Of a DNA stretch of 64,000 bases, positions 17,234-27,848 are shown one piece after another. The DNA comes from an uncultured Hyphomicrobiaceae bacterium (GTDB lineage Bacteria > Pseudomonadota > Alphaproteobacteria > Rhizobiales > CAMYJA01). The position numbers were made by a program, and so were the translations under genes. The stretch's first letter is position 1; every line of letters starts with the position of its first letter. Below the pieces are notes generated by a model that saw only the letters and a program-made list of their open reading frames with translations, did not search any database and was not told the origin of the DNA. Location of the stretch: assembly GCA_947258705.1 (NCBI GenBank), contig CAMYJA010000008.1, forward strand, positions 2,441 to 66,440, given 5' to 3'.

Positions 17234-18277
17234 ATGAAAGTCCTGTCATCCCTTGCACGACTTCAGAAGTCGCAGTGGCATCAGTCGTCTATTCGTAACG
17301 GAACTATGTTCGGCCTCATCGCCGCCATCATTGTCGCGGTCGCAATCATCGCCTATCTCTCGCTGCGACAGGGCGGTGCAATTCCTGAAGGGCTGGCAAA
17401 AGCTAATGGCCGTATCGAAGTCGTACGTATTGACGTCGCAGCAAAATATGCAGGGCGCGTAGTCAGGATCCATGTGAGAGAGGGAGATTATGTCGAGGCG
17501 GGAAGAATTATAGCCGAGCTCGACGTGACGGAGTTGAAGGCCCAGCTCGCAGCGGCCAGCGCGAATGTCCGGCGCGCCGACGAGGTGATCAAGAGGGCCA
17601 TGGCCGAGGTGGCCCTGAGACAGGCCGAGCATAAACTCTCTGAACTGGAATTAGCGCGTACGGTAAAACTGGAACGCCGCAAGATTGCATCATCAGCGGA
17701 ATTGGACAAGCGCAACGCCCAGCATGAAGTAGCAGAGGCGCAGCTTCTGGCAGCCAAAGCTGCGGTGGGCGATGGCAGGGCCGCCAAGAGAGCCGCACAG
17801 GCGCAGGTTGACCAACTCGAAGCGACCATTGCGGAAATGACGCTTAAGGCCCCGGTATCGGGCCGCATCGAATACAAGCTCGTACAAAAGGGCTCGGTCC
17901 TTGCTGCGGGTGGGCGGGTTGTGTCAATCCTCGACCTGTCTGATGCTTATATGACGATTTTCCTGCCTACAAGCGAGTCGGGCCGCGTCGCTCTTGGATC
18001 CGATGCCCGCATTATCCTCGATGCTTCGCCCACAACGATCATACCGGCGACCGTTTCGTTCGTGGCTTCCGAAGCTCAATTCACACCTAAACTGGTCGAA
18101 ACCGCAAACGAGCGCGAAAAACTGATGTACAGGGTCAAACTCAAAATCGATCCGAAGCTGCTTGAGAAATATCGCGATTATGTGAAGGCAGGGCTGACAG
18201 GTGATGCCTATGTAAAGATCAGCCGCGATGCGGTATGGCCGGAATCTCTTCACCCGAGACTTCCCGATGGTAACTGA
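17234..18277 (+). CDS. HlyD-family membrane fusion/periplasmic adaptor protein (YhiI-like)
   Basis: 347-aa ORF with an N-terminal TM (LIAAIIVAVAIIAYLSL), lipoyl-like hairpin motifs (VVRIHVREGDYVEAGRIIAELD; LKAPVSGRI) and long coiled coils. Confidence 0.85.
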   Translation: MKVLSSLARLQKSQWHQSSIRNGTMFGLIAAIIVAVAIIAYLSLRQGGAIPEGLAKANGRIEVVRIDVAAKYAGRVVRIHVREGDYVEAGRIIAELDVTELKAQLAAASANVRRADEVIKRAMAEVALRQAEHKLSELELARTVKLERRKIASSAELDKRNAQHEVAEAQLLAAKAAVGDGRAAKRAAQAQVDQLEATIAEMTLKAPVSGRIEYKLVQKGSVLAAGGRVVSILDLSDAYMTIFLPTSESGRVALGSDARIILDASPTTIIPATVSFVASEAQFTPKLVETANEREKLMYRVKLKIDPKLLEKYRDYVKAGLTGDAYVKISRDAVWPESLHPRLPDGN

Positions 18278-21032
18278 GAGTGACAAAGCTGTCGAATTGC
18301 GCAATGTGGTCCATCATTATCAGCGCGGACCGGCCCTTGATAATGTATCTTTGAGCTTTCAGAGGGGCTCCACAACGGCTGTTGTCGGACCGGATGGGGT
18401 TGGCAAATCGACGTTGCTTGGATTGATCTCCGGTATGCGTCGGTTACAGTTCGGCGAGGTTGCCGTGCTCGGGGGCGACATGCAATCCTCGGCCCACCGC
18501 AATCGCGTTTCCCACCGCATTGCCTTCATGCCTCAGGGGCTTGGCCGCAACCTCTATCCCTCCCTTTCGGTCTTCGAAAATCTCGATTTTTTCGGCCGTT
18601 TGTTCGGAGTTGGCGATAAGGAACGCCACACCCGCATTGAACGCCTCCTGAAGGCGACCGGTCTCGATCCGTTTCCCGGGCGTCCCGCAGGTAAGCTTTC
18701 GGGAGGCATGAAGCAAAAGCTTTCGCTTTGCTCGGCATTGATACATGATCCGGATCTTCTAATCCTGGATGAACCGACCACCGGTATCGATCCTCTTTCG
18801 CGTCGCCAGTTCTGGTCGCTGATCGACATGCTCAAGGCCGAACGGGCCGGCATGACTGTTATCGTATCGACTGCCTATATGGAGGAGGCGGAGCGTTTCG
18901 AGCGGATCGTGGCGCTGGATGCGGGGCGCATCCTGATTGAAGGACGGGCAGACGAAATACGTAACGCAGCCGGTGCGGAATCTCTGGAAGAGGCCTTCCT
19001 GGCATTGCGCGATCCGGGCAAAAGACCGCCTCCACGCCGCGAGGACAGACAGCTGAGCACGCGCGCAGATGGTCAACCGGTTATCGAGGCCGAAGGGCTG
19101 ACGCGCCGCTTTGGCGACTTCGTGGCCGTCGACCATGTAAGTTTCAGCATCCAAAGGGGCGAAATTTTCGGTTTTTTGGGCTCAAACGGTTGCGGCAAGA
19201 CGACGACCATGAAGATGTTGACCGGACTATTGCCAGCCAGCGAGGGGCGGGCTGAACTGCTCGGAAAACCGATCGAGGTGAGCGACATCGATACGCGCCT
19301 GAACATCGGTTACATGTCGCAATCCTTTTCGCTCTACGAGGAGCTTTCCGTTCGCGCCAATCTTGATTTGCACGCCCGCCTTTATCGAATCCCGCCCCAG
19401 GACTGCGACCGGCGCGTCGCAGAGGCATTGAATAAATTCGATATTGTCCAAATAGCGGACGAGAAGCCGCGGAATCTACCGCTCGGGATTCGCCAGCGGC
19501 TGCAACTCGCCGCCGCCTGCCTGCATCGGCCGAAAGTACTGATCCTCGATGAGCCGACATCCGGTGTCGATCCCGTCGCCCGCGACATGTTCTGGGATAT
19601 CCTGCTCGACCTGTCGCGCGAAGAGGGTGTAACGATTTTCCTGTCGACGCATTTCATGAACGAGGCCGAACGCTGTGACCGGGTTTCGCTCATGCACGCC
19701 GGTAAAGTCCTCGCCATTGGTACGCCGAGAGGACTTGCGGAAGAAATCGGAGTCGCGACGCTGGAAGAGGCCTTCATCACTCATCTTGAGGAGGCTGTGA
19801 ACGAACCGGCTCGAAAAGAGCCTTCATTGAGCACCGCGACGGCGGCGCTATCGTCACAAATAGCTGAGACGGGCGAAACAAGAGACGGCGATCTCAAAGG
19901 AATTGCCGGATCCCTGAATCGCATTTGGGCGTTTGCAAGACGCGAGACTTTTGAGATATCGCGCGACCGCGTCCGTGTCTCCTTCGCGCTACTCGGTCCG
20001 CTCACCCTGCTCATCACATTGGGCTATGGCATAACATTCGACGTCGACAAGCTCTCATTCACCGTTTTAGACCGGGACCGGACAGCTGCAAGCCGGCTGC
20101 TCATCGAAGAGTTCGCCAGCTCTCGTTATTTTCGGAAAAGAACACCAGTTGGCGATTCCCGCGCTATTGACCACAGTCTGCGATCCGGCCGTCTGCATTT
20201 GGCCTTGAGCATACCGCCCCGGTTCGGAAAGGATCTCATCCAGGGCCGGCGACCGGAGATTGCAATCTTACTTGACGGCTCGAATGCATTCCGGGCCGAA
20301 ACCGCGCGCGGATACGTCCACGGCACCATGTTGGCCTATTTAGGTTATCTCAAACGGCAGACCCCAGGTGGTGAACGGCAACCGCTCCCGTACCGGCTGG
20401 AGGAGCGGTTCCGCTACAATCAGGATTTTAAAAGCGCCTTCGCAATTGTACCCGGTAGCATCATGATGATCCTGGCCCTCATTCCATCCATGATGGCGGC
20501 GCTCGGCGTTGTCCGTGAACGGGAGATCGGCTCGATCATCAACCTGTATTGCTCTCCCGCAACGATTGGCGAGTTCATCATTGGCAAACAGCTCCCTTAC
20601 ATTGCGATAAGCTTCGTGAGCTTCCTGTCCCTCATTGTCATGGCGCTGGTTCAATTCGGCCTGAGCGTCAAGGGCTCAACCCCGGCGCTCTTGCTGGCCG
20701 GCCTGTTTTACGTGTTTGCGACGACAGGACTCGGGCTGTTCATATCGAGTTTCGTAACCACGCAGATCGCGGCGCTTATCGTTGCGGCAGTCATCTGTGT
20801 CGTGCCCAGCGTCCAGTTTTCCGGTTATTTATACCCGGCGGCAACTCTTGAAGGCTTTGCCTATTACGTGGGGCACGGTTTCCCGGCCCTCTGGTTTCAA
20901 AATGTCAGCATCGGCACCTTCGCCAAGGGACAGGGATTTTCAACATTCTATGCCGAGTTCGCAATCCTGATATCGTTTGGTATCGCCTTTCTGCTTGCAA
21001 CCCGGCTTATCCTGCGAAAACAGGAGCGATGA
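18267..21032 (+). CDS. Fused double ABC ATPase plus ABC-2 permease (RbbA/YhiH-like)
   Basis: Two Walker A motifs (GPDGVGKST and GSNGCGKTT), two signature motifs (LSGGMKQK and LPLGIRQR) and a C-terminal six-TM ABC-2 domain. The start ATGGTAACTGA overlaps the HlyD stop. The order adaptor, fused ATPase-permease, ABC-2 permease mirrors E. coli yhiI-rbbA-yhhJ. Confidence 0.8.
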   Translation: MVTESDKAVELRNVVHHYQRGPALDNVSLSFQRGSTTAVVGPDGVGKSTLLGLISGMRRLQFGEVAVLGGDMQSSAHRNRVSHRIAFMPQGLGRNLYPSLSVFENLDFFGRLFGVGDKERHTRIERLLKATGLDPFPGRPAGKLSGGMKQKLSLCSALIHDPDLLILDEPTTGIDPLSRRQFWSLIDMLKAERAGMTVIVSTAYMEEAERFERIVALDAGRILIEGRADEIRNAAGAESLEEAFLALRDPGKRPPPRREDRQLSTRADGQPVIEAEGLTRRFGDFVAVDHVSFSIQRGEIFGFLGSNGCGKTTTMKMLTGLLPASEGRAELLGKPIEVSDIDTRLNIGYMSQSFSLYEELSVRANLDLHARLYRIPPQDCDRRVAEALNKFDIVQIADEKPRNLPLGIRQRLQLAAACLHRPKVLILDEPTSGVDPVARDMFWDILLDLSREEGVTIFLSTHFMNEAERCDRVSLMHAGKVLAIGTPRGLAEEIGVATLEEAFITHLEEAVNEPARKEPSLSTATAALSSQIAETGETRDGDLKGIAGSLNRIWAFARRETFEISRDRVRVSFALLGPLTLLITLGYGITFDVDKLSFTVLDRDRTAASRLLIEEFASSRYFRKRTPVGDSRAIDHSLRSGRLHLALSIPPRFGKDLIQGRRPEIAILLDGSNAFRAETARGYVHGTMLAYLGYLKRQTPGGERQPLPYRLEERFRYNQDFKSAFAIVPGSIMMILALIPSMMAALGVVREREIGSIINLYCSPATIGEFIIGKQLPYIAISFVSFLSLIVMALVQFGLSVKGSTPALLLAGLFYVFATTGLGLFISSFVTTQIAALIVAAVICVVPSVQFSGYLYPAATLEGFAYYVGHGFPALWFQNVSIGTFAKGQGFSTFYAEFAILISFGIAFLLATRLILRKQER

Positions 21033-22162
21033 TCATGCGCCGCTGGTTCACCAATGTCTATCATCTGGGTTTGAAGGAACTCGCCAGCCTTTCGAGCGAT
21101 GTCATTCTCGTGGCCTTCTCCGTCTATTGGTTCTCTTTCATGGTCTACAGTGAAGCAACAGGCGTGGAAACGGAGGTCCGCAATGCGAATGTCGCTATTG
21201 TGGACAGCGACCGCTCAGTCCTTTCCCGGCGCTTGGTGGACGCTTTACGCCCACCGCAGTTCAAACCGGCGGTCATTATTGACCGGTCGGCAATCGATGC
21301 GGCGATGGATCGCGGCCGCTTCACTTTCGTTCTCGACGTTCCGCCACACTTCGAAGCAGACATCTTACGCGGTCATGATCCGCTCGTTCAATTGAACATC
21401 GATGCGACGGCGGTGGCCCAGGCGGCCGTGGGCGCCGGCTACATAAGAGCGATCATAGCGCGGGAGACGACCTCATATCTTCAGATGCGCGGTATCGACG
21501 CGGAAGCGCCGGTCAGCATCGTTACGCGTGCCTTCTTCAATCCGAACCTGCATAGTTACTGGTTTCAGTCCGTCGCATCCCTGATCGACAAAATCACGCT
21601 CATTTCAATTCTGCTGGTCGGTGCGGCCGTCATCCGCGAGCGTGAGCATGGCACCATCGAGCACCTTCTCGTCATGCCGTTGCGGGCCAACGAGATTGCG
21701 GCCGCCAAGATTTGGGCCAATGGACTGGCAGTGCTGGCGGCCGCCGCACTTTCGCTTGCCCTGGTGATAAGGCTGGCGCTCCAGGTGCCGATTGAAGGCT
21801 CGGTCGTGCTTTTCCTGTTCGGTACCGCCGCTTATTTGTTCGCTACAACGTCGCTGGGTGTATTGCTGGCGACAATTGCCAACACCATGCCGCAATTTGG
21901 ACTTTTGCTGACGGTCGTATTCATTAATTTGATCATGCTATCGGGCGCCATGTCCCCGATCGAGGCCATGCCTGAAGCCCTCCAGACCATTCTGCAGGTT
22001 TCCCCAACCGTCCATTATGTCAAACTCGTGCAAGGCGTGCTCTACCGCGCCGCGGGTATTGATATTATCTGGCCGCAACTGCTGATACTGTTCGGATTGG
22101 GCGGTGTTTTCATGTCTGGATCACTCATGCGCTTCCGATCAATGCTCGCCCGCCAGATGTGA
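21029..22162 (+). CDS. ABC-2 type permease (YhhJ-like)
   Basis: 377-aa ORF with one N-terminal TM, a large periplasmic loop and a C-terminal five-TM ABC-2 membrane domain. It has an ATGA start/stop overlap with the upstream gene. Confidence 0.8.
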   Translation: MIMRRWFTNVYHLGLKELASLSSDVILVAFSVYWFSFMVYSEATGVETEVRNANVAIVDSDRSVLSRRLVDALRPPQFKPAVIIDRSAIDAAMDRGRFTFVLDVPPHFEADILRGHDPLVQLNIDATAVAQAAVGAGYIRAIIARETTSYLQMRGIDAEAPVSIVTRAFFNPNLHSYWFQSVASLIDKITLISILLVGAAVIREREHGTIEHLLVMPLRANEIAAAKIWANGLAVLAAAALSLALVIRLALQVPIEGSVVLFLFGTAAYLFATTSLGVLLATIANTMPQFGLLLTVVFINLIMLSGAMSPIEAMPEALQTILQVSPTVHYVKLVQGVLYRAAGIDIIWPQLLILFGLGGVFMSGSLMRFRSMLARQM

Positions 22163-22594
22163 TGCTTCCAGGCAGGTTTTGCGGCGCAAAGAACAGACTT
22201 CTATAGCCACCCGCACAAATCCTTTCCCTGGGCCTCGTTTCTTGTGATCCCGTTCCCGGGTCCAGATTCAGGCCCTGAAAAGTGGATCGGTGTAAAAATG
22301 ATTGTTTATGGTTAAGGCCGTAAGCGCTTGATTTGAGGCGTGTTCCGGCGTCTGAATAACCGGCCGGGCTCTTCGACGGCGTGTCGACCGGTCTTGAACC
22401 CGTTCCGGCAATTGTTATCCAACTTCGGGAGTGCTAAATTTGACTTTACGCGACTGAGACAAGCGACACGGCCCACGAATCCGGACCATAATTGGAGTAT
22501 GTACTCTGACTGTCGACACTTTGCTCCATGCCATGACGACAAGGGCGGGGTCCCGGAAAGGCGATGTTCAATAAATCAGTTGAGCAGGTAAAGC

Positions 22595-23758
22595 GTGACA
22601 CAAAACTGGCAAGTGGAGGAACCGAGGACGCAGATTTCTACAAAATTCTTCTTTGTCTTTGTGCTCGCAGCGGCACTTTTGGTGTCCGGCTGCGAGGAAG
22701 AACAACCTGACGTCGTTCCGCAAATCCGGGCAATAAAGTCCTATACGGTCACCGAAGTAGGGTCGGGTCAGGCGCGCAAATTTTCCGGACAAGTCTATGC
22801 AACGGACTCGGCGACCCTAAGCTTCCATGTCGGCGGCAAAGTAATTGAAATGCGCGCAAAACAGGGCGACCGGGTCGAGAAGGACCAGGTGCTCGCGGTC
22901 GTCGATAAGCAGCCTTATGATCTGGACGTCCAATCGGCGGAAGCTGAACTTCAGAAGGCGCGGGCGAATTTGACCCGTGCGCGTCAGGATTTTGAACGCC
23001 AGGAGACGCTGTACAAAAAGGGCTGGGTCGCCAAAAAGAGACTTGAGGGCGTGCTGACGCAACTCGAATCTGCAAAAAGCCAGTTAGACTTTATGACCTC
23101 AAAACTCAACCTGGCCAAACGCGATCTGCGTCTAACGGAACTCAGGGCGCCCTATCTCGGCTCCATCTCGCGAAAGCATATTGATGCATTTACCGAGGTT
23201 AGGACAGGGCAGCCGATCTACGACATCGAAGCGTCCGGAGCGCTTGAAGTGCGCTTCGATATCCCCGAGACGATAATCTCGCGCATATCTCTCGGCATGC
23301 TTACGACGATCAAGTTTCCAACATCCAAAGGCACCATTCTGCGGGCACGCATTACCGAAATCGGTTCGACAGCCGGTACGGCGAACGCCTATCCTGTCAA
23401 GGCCAGTCTTAATGATCCGCCAAACACGATAAGGTCCGGCATGACGGCGGAAGCCACCATCCTGTTGAAGGAAGAAGGCGTGGAATCCGGTTTGTTGGTG
23501 CCGCTGGCGGCAATCGCACCGGCTGACCTTCCGGGACAGGGTTATGCTTTCATCTATGACCCGGCAACCCAGACCGTTAAAAAGAGACTTGTGAAGGGCA
23601 AAGGAGCCATCGACAACTTCGTCAATGTCTATGAAGGGATAAAGGCTGGCGACGTCGTGGCAGTGGCCGGCGTAACATTCCTGACCGATGGACAGAAGGT
23701 CAGGCTGATGAAAAAGCGCACGTCAAATGCCCTCGGCGCGCCGGTAGCCGGCCAATGA
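22595..23758 (+). CDS. RND efflux periplasmic adaptor (MFP) lipoprotein
   Basis: 387-aa ORF with lipobox LLVSGC, a coiled-coil hairpin and LRAPYLGSI-type lipoyl motifs. It lies immediately upstream of the RND pump. Confidence 0.85.
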   Translation: MTQNWQVEEPRTQISTKFFFVFVLAAALLVSGCEEEQPDVVPQIRAIKSYTVTEVGSGQARKFSGQVYATDSATLSFHVGGKVIEMRAKQGDRVEKDQVLAVVDKQPYDLDVQSAEAELQKARANLTRARQDFERQETLYKKGWVAKKRLEGVLTQLESAKSQLDFMTSKLNLAKRDLRLTELRAPYLGSISRKHIDAFTEVRTGQPIYDIEASGALEVRFDIPETIISRISLGMLTTIKFPTSKGTILRARITEIGSTAGTANAYPVKASLNDPPNTIRSGMTAEATILLKEEGVESGLLVPLAAIAPADLPGQGYAFIYDPATQTVKKRLVKGKGAIDNFVNVYEGIKAGDVVAVAGVTFLTDGQKVRLMKKRTSNALGAPVAGQ

Positions 23759-23777
23759 CCGGGCGTGGGAGTGTCTC

Positions 23778-26700
23778 ATGAAGGGCATCACCTCCTTTGC
23801 GCTCGAAAAAGACCGTTTGACGCTCCTCTTTATCCTGCTTATGGCGGTCGCAGGCTTTTTCTCCTACCTGACCTATCCCAAGCAGGAAGATCCTTCGATC
23901 CAAATTCGCGAGGCGATTGTTTGGGCGTATTTTCCGGGAATGGCGCCGCAGCGCGTTGAGGATCTGATAACGCGCAAACTTGAAGAGCAGATCAGACTGC
24001 TTGGCGATATCGACTACATCAAATCCGATTCGAAGCGCGGCATGTCTTTCATGCACGTTATCGCCCGTGATGAGGTGCCTGAACTTAAAACCGTGTGGCG
24101 CGACTTACGGGACAAACTTAACGACGTTGCGCCAAGCCTTCCCAAGGGCACGATCGGACCTTTCATCAATGATGAGTTCGGCCTAACCGCGGTCGCTACC
24201 ATTGCATTGTGGGCCGAAGGTTTCTCACTTGCCGATACCCGCATCGTTGCGCGTGACCTTCGCGACCAGCTTTACGCACTCAAGGGCATCCGGCGGGTCG
24301 AGCTGTTTGGTGCTCAGGATCAGCGGGTGTTCCTTGAATTGTCGAACGCCAAGCTTGCGGAATTCGGTATCAATCCCCGCGTTGTGGTTCAGACCCTGCA
24401 ACAACAGAATATTATCCTGCCGGGCGGTCTAATCGACGTAAGTGGCCAGAACATTGTTATCGAACCATCAGGCGATTTCGACAGTGTCTCCGAAATCGAG
24501 GATGTGATCGTCACCATTCCCGGCACTGAGCGTGTCACCCCCTTGCGCGATCTCGCCAAGGTCACACGCGGCTATGTTGATCCGCCGAACCAGCCGGTCT
24601 ACTTCAACGGTCGTCCGGCAATTGTCTTGAGCGTTTCCATCCTCGAGGGCGAAGGCGTTAATGCAGTGGAGTTCGGCAAGCGTCTGACGCGGAAGGTCAG
24701 GCAGGTCGAGCAAACGCTTCCGATCGGCTATGCTCTGGATTACGCAACCTACCAACCGCCTTTGATCCAGGCAGCCGTTCAGGGTGCAGTGACCAATCTG
24801 CTGCAGACATTGGTGATCGTCCTCGTTGTTGTGGTGCTTTTCCTCGGCCTTCGTACCGGCCTCATCGTCGGCGCGTTCGTCCCCATGACCATGCTCATGA
24901 GCATGGCGGTCATGCGCATGATGGAGATCGAACTGCAGCGGATGTCCATCGCCGCCTTGATCATCTCGCTTGGCATGTTGGTCGATAACGGTATCGTCAT
25001 TGCCCAGGACATCCGCACCCGCCTGCAGAACGGAGAAGAGCGACGGCAGGCGGCCCTGACCTCTGGGCGCACGCTGGCCATACCTCTGCTGATTTCGACA
25101 TTGACCACAATTCTAGCCTTCGCACCGATACCGCTCGCCGTCGGCGGGGCTGGCGAATACACCAGGTCGCTTGGCCTGGTGCTTATCATCACACTGCTCT
25201 CATCCTGGTTCCTGTCGATGCTTATGACCCCGCTGATGTGCGTGTGGTTTATGAAGATCAAACCACGGGAGACGCAACCTGATGGCCGCGCTGGCGATCC
25301 CTATGCCGGTACCTTCTACCGCATCTATAGGACAATGCTGAAAGCAATGCTGCGCAGGCGGGTTTTGGTCTTGTCCTCTACGGTTGCTGCATTCGTCGCT
25401 GCCATCCTTGCATCACAGCTGATCGTCAAGGAATTTTTCCCGGCGGGCGATCGCAATCAGTATCTGGTCTATCTCGATCTGCCCGCCGGCAGCCGGAGCG
25501 AAAAGACAGCAGGAGTTGCTCTGAGACTGAGCAGCTGGCTGCAGGACAAGAGCGTCAATCCCGAGGTCACTGGAACGGTTGCCTATGTCGGGGGCGGTGG
25601 TCCGCGTTTTTTCCTGTCGCTCGCACCGATCGATGCGGATCCCCACCTGGCGTTCCTGATCGTCAATACCCAGAACTCTGACCAGGTGCCTGCAATGGTC
25701 GAACGCACGCGTAAGTTTGCCGGAAACAACCTGCCTGAGGCCTTGACGCGCGTAAAGGCGATGTGGCTGGGCTCGACCGAAACCGGTCTGTTCGAGATTA
25801 GGTTAAGCGGGCCGGCATTTGATGTTTTACGTCAGAAAGGCGAGGTGCTGATGCGAAGCCTGAGGGCGGTTCCGGGAATCGTCGACGTCATGCAGGACTG
25901 GGAGAACCGGGTCGTCAGGATAAGTGTGAAGGTGGATCAGGCCAGAGCGCGCCGCGCCGGGGTAACATCGCGGGATGTTGCGAACTCGCTCAAGACATTC
26001 ATCAGTGGCGCGGAGGTTACTCAGTACCGCGAAGGCGATGAAGCCATTCCCGTTATTTTACGCGGCAGTGAAGCCGAGCGGACCAATGTGGCAGCCATCC
26101 GGAGTCTCAATATCTATTCCAGCAACCGTGGCATCAGCGTTCCGTTGGAGCAGATTGCCGACATTGAGGGAGGCTGGGATTTCTACCGCATCAAGCGACG
26201 CGGTCAGGAGCGAACGGTGACCATCAGCGCCAAGCATCCCGTGCTGAAGGCCGATCAGATATACGCGGCTCTGAGGCCGGCGATTGACGCGCTGAATCTG
26301 CCGCCCGGCTATCAATGGCAGCTGGGCGGGGAACTTGAACAGTCGGCAAAGGCGCAAGGTTATCTGTTCGCCAATATGCCCTACGCACTTGCGGGAATTG
26401 TCCTATTGCTCGTCTGGCAATTTAATTCTTTCCGCCGAGCCGGAATCATTTTGCTCACCATTCCGCTCACCTTCATCGGTGCCACGATTGGCTTGATCGT
26501 AATGAATTCGGTGTTCGGGTTTATGGTGATTTTGGGTTTGCTCTCTCTCGCCGGTATCATCATCAATAATGGCATTGTGTTGATCGATAGGATCGACATT
26601 GAACTTGCCGGCGGACGCGAACCCTACGATGCCGTCGTTGCCGCATGTCTAGCGCGTCTGCAGCCCATAATCATGACGACGGTGACGACGATACTCGGAC

Positions 26701-26897
26701 TGATGACCTTGATCTTGTCTGTCGATCCGCTGTTCTACGGCATGGCCGTTGCCATCGCCTTCGGACTGGGTGTTGCTACGATCTTCACACTTGGTGTCGT
26801 GCCGGTGCTTTATGCGATGATGTTTCGTGTGAAAAACCCGCCCGAACCCGAAGTCAGTGCCACAGATGCCGCTGCTGAAAATGAATTGGCAAGTTGA
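23778..26897 (+). CDS. RND efflux permease (AcrB/AcrD/AcrF family)
   Basis: 1039-aa ORF with a 12-TM architecture and two large periplasmic loops. LISLGMLVDNGIVIAQDI and LLSLAGIIINNGIVLIDRI are the conserved TM4/TM10 motifs. Confidence 0.9.
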   Translation: MKGITSFALEKDRLTLLFILLMAVAGFFSYLTYPKQEDPSIQIREAIVWAYFPGMAPQRVEDLITRKLEEQIRLLGDIDYIKSDSKRGMSFMHVIARDEVPELKTVWRDLRDKLNDVAPSLPKGTIGPFINDEFGLTAVATIALWAEGFSLADTRIVARDLRDQLYALKGIRRVELFGAQDQRVFLELSNAKLAEFGINPRVVVQTLQQQNIILPGGLIDVSGQNIVIEPSGDFDSVSEIEDVIVTIPGTERVTPLRDLAKVTRGYVDPPNQPVYFNGRPAIVLSVSILEGEGVNAVEFGKRLTRKVRQVEQTLPIGYALDYATYQPPLIQAAVQGAVTNLLQTLVIVLVVVVLFLGLRTGLIVGAFVPMTMLMSMAVMRMMEIELQRMSIAALIISLGMLVDNGIVIAQDIRTRLQNGEERRQAALTSGRTLAIPLLISTLTTILAFAPIPLAVGGAGEYTRSLGLVLIITLLSSWFLSMLMTPLMCVWFMKIKPRETQPDGRAGDPYAGTFYRIYRTMLKAMLRRRVLVLSSTVAAFVAAILASQLIVKEFFPAGDRNQYLVYLDLPAGSRSEKTAGVALRLSSWLQDKSVNPEVTGTVAYVGGGGPRFFLSLAPIDADPHLAFLIVNTQNSDQVPAMVERTRKFAGNNLPEALTRVKAMWLGSTETGLFEIRLSGPAFDVLRQKGEVLMRSLRAVPGIVDVMQDWENRVVRISVKVDQARARRAGVTSRDVANSLKTFISGAEVTQYREGDEAIPVILRGSEAERTNVAAIRSLNIYSSNRGISVPLEQIADIEGGWDFYRIKRRGQERTVTISAKHPVLKADQIYAALRPAIDALNLPPGYQWQLGGELEQSAKAQGYLFANMPYALAGIVLLLVWQFNSFRRAGIILLTIPLTFIGATIGLIVMNSVFGFMVILGLLSLAGIIINNGIVLIDRIDIELAGGREPYDAVVAACLARLQPIIMTTVTTILGLMTLILSVDPLFYGMAVAIAFGLGVATIFTLGVVPVLYAMMFRVKNPPEPEVSATDAAAENELAS

Positions 26898-26945
26898 ATT
26901 GGGCGTCCGGCTCGGCCGTTCCACGCTCTACAACAGCCCCCCCCT

Positions 26946-26969
26946 CCCCGCAACAAGGCTCGGGGTTTT
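26946..26969 (+). terminator. Weak candidate terminator after the RND gene
   Basis: CCCCG-N10-CGGGG followed by TTTT, between convergent genes. The stem is short, so support is low. Confidence 0.25.
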
Positions 26970-27002
26970 GCAGGGCGTCAAGCTCTTATTGCAGGGTAAG
27001 CA

Positions 27003-27848
27003 CTAATGCGACAGCAAGAGCGGCACGTTCATGTGCTGGATCATGTGGCGTGTGAGGCTTCCGAAAAACATACCGCCAAAGCGTCCACGGCCATAGGCAC
27101 CCATGACGAGGACGTCCGGATCGGTTTCCTCGCAATGCTTCAGGATCACGTCACCATGACCATGACCCCAAGAACGCGCTGACAACCCAACTCTGCTGGC
27201 GTTGATGCCATGCAGCTTCAGGTGTTCAATGATGTCGTGCTCCGAGCTGATGGCCTGGCACGCATCTTCCGCGTCCTCGCCGACACAGAGAACGTCAAGC
27301 TGCTTCTTGGTTTCGAGGATCTGCATAGCGTCCCGCATTGCCCGGGCCGCCGACCGGCTGCCATCCCATGCAACCGCTGCGGTTTCCTTGAGGTCGCGTA
27401 CCTGATATTTGATCGGAACAATGATCAGTGGTGATCCCGAGCGCCTCAATACTTCTTCAGGCTGGAGGGAGCCGCGTTCATGTTCGAAGGCGTTGGTGAA
27501 TTGCCCGGTTATCAGAATGTCAAAATAGCGCGACAGCCTCGGCAGCATAACATTTGCCCGGCCTTGCGCCGAGATCCATTTAGCCTTGCCGGAAAAACCG
27601 CTAGCGGCGATCTCACGCCGATATGAGGCTTCGATTTCCTTTTCCGCATCAACTTCCGATTCCCTCATCCGTTCGAGCACATCCGTCGGGGTCCAACGCT
27701 CAATGTGGCTTTCATAGGTCTGTAGACGGAAAACATGAGCGCCGGTAATGGCAGCGTCATATTTTTTGGCCATTCTCACAGTAAAGCGCAGGGCATTTTT
27801 GGAGGGTTCATTGCCGTCATATGCTAGAAGCAAGTCTTTGATAGCCAT
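27003..27848 (-). CDS. Universal stress protein, tandem Usp domains
   Basis: 281-aa ORF with two Usp-like halves. The C-terminal VLVMGAYGRGRFGGMFFGSLTRHMIQHMNVPLLLSH is the classical UspA ATP-binding tail. Confidence 0.8.
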   Translation of the reverse strand: MAIKDLLLAYDGNEPSKNALRFTVRMAKKYDAAITGAHVFRLQTYESHIERWTPTDVLERMRESEVDAEKEIEASYRREIAASGFSGKAKWISAQGRANVMLPRLSRYFDILITGQFTNAFEHERGSLQPEEVLRRSGSPLIIVPIKYQVRDLKETAAVAWDGSRSAARAMRDAMQILETKKQLDVLCVGEDAEDACQAISSEHDIIEHLKLHGINASRVGLSARSWGHGHGDVILKHCEETDPDVLVMGAYGRGRFGGMFFGSLTRHMIQHMNVPLLLSH

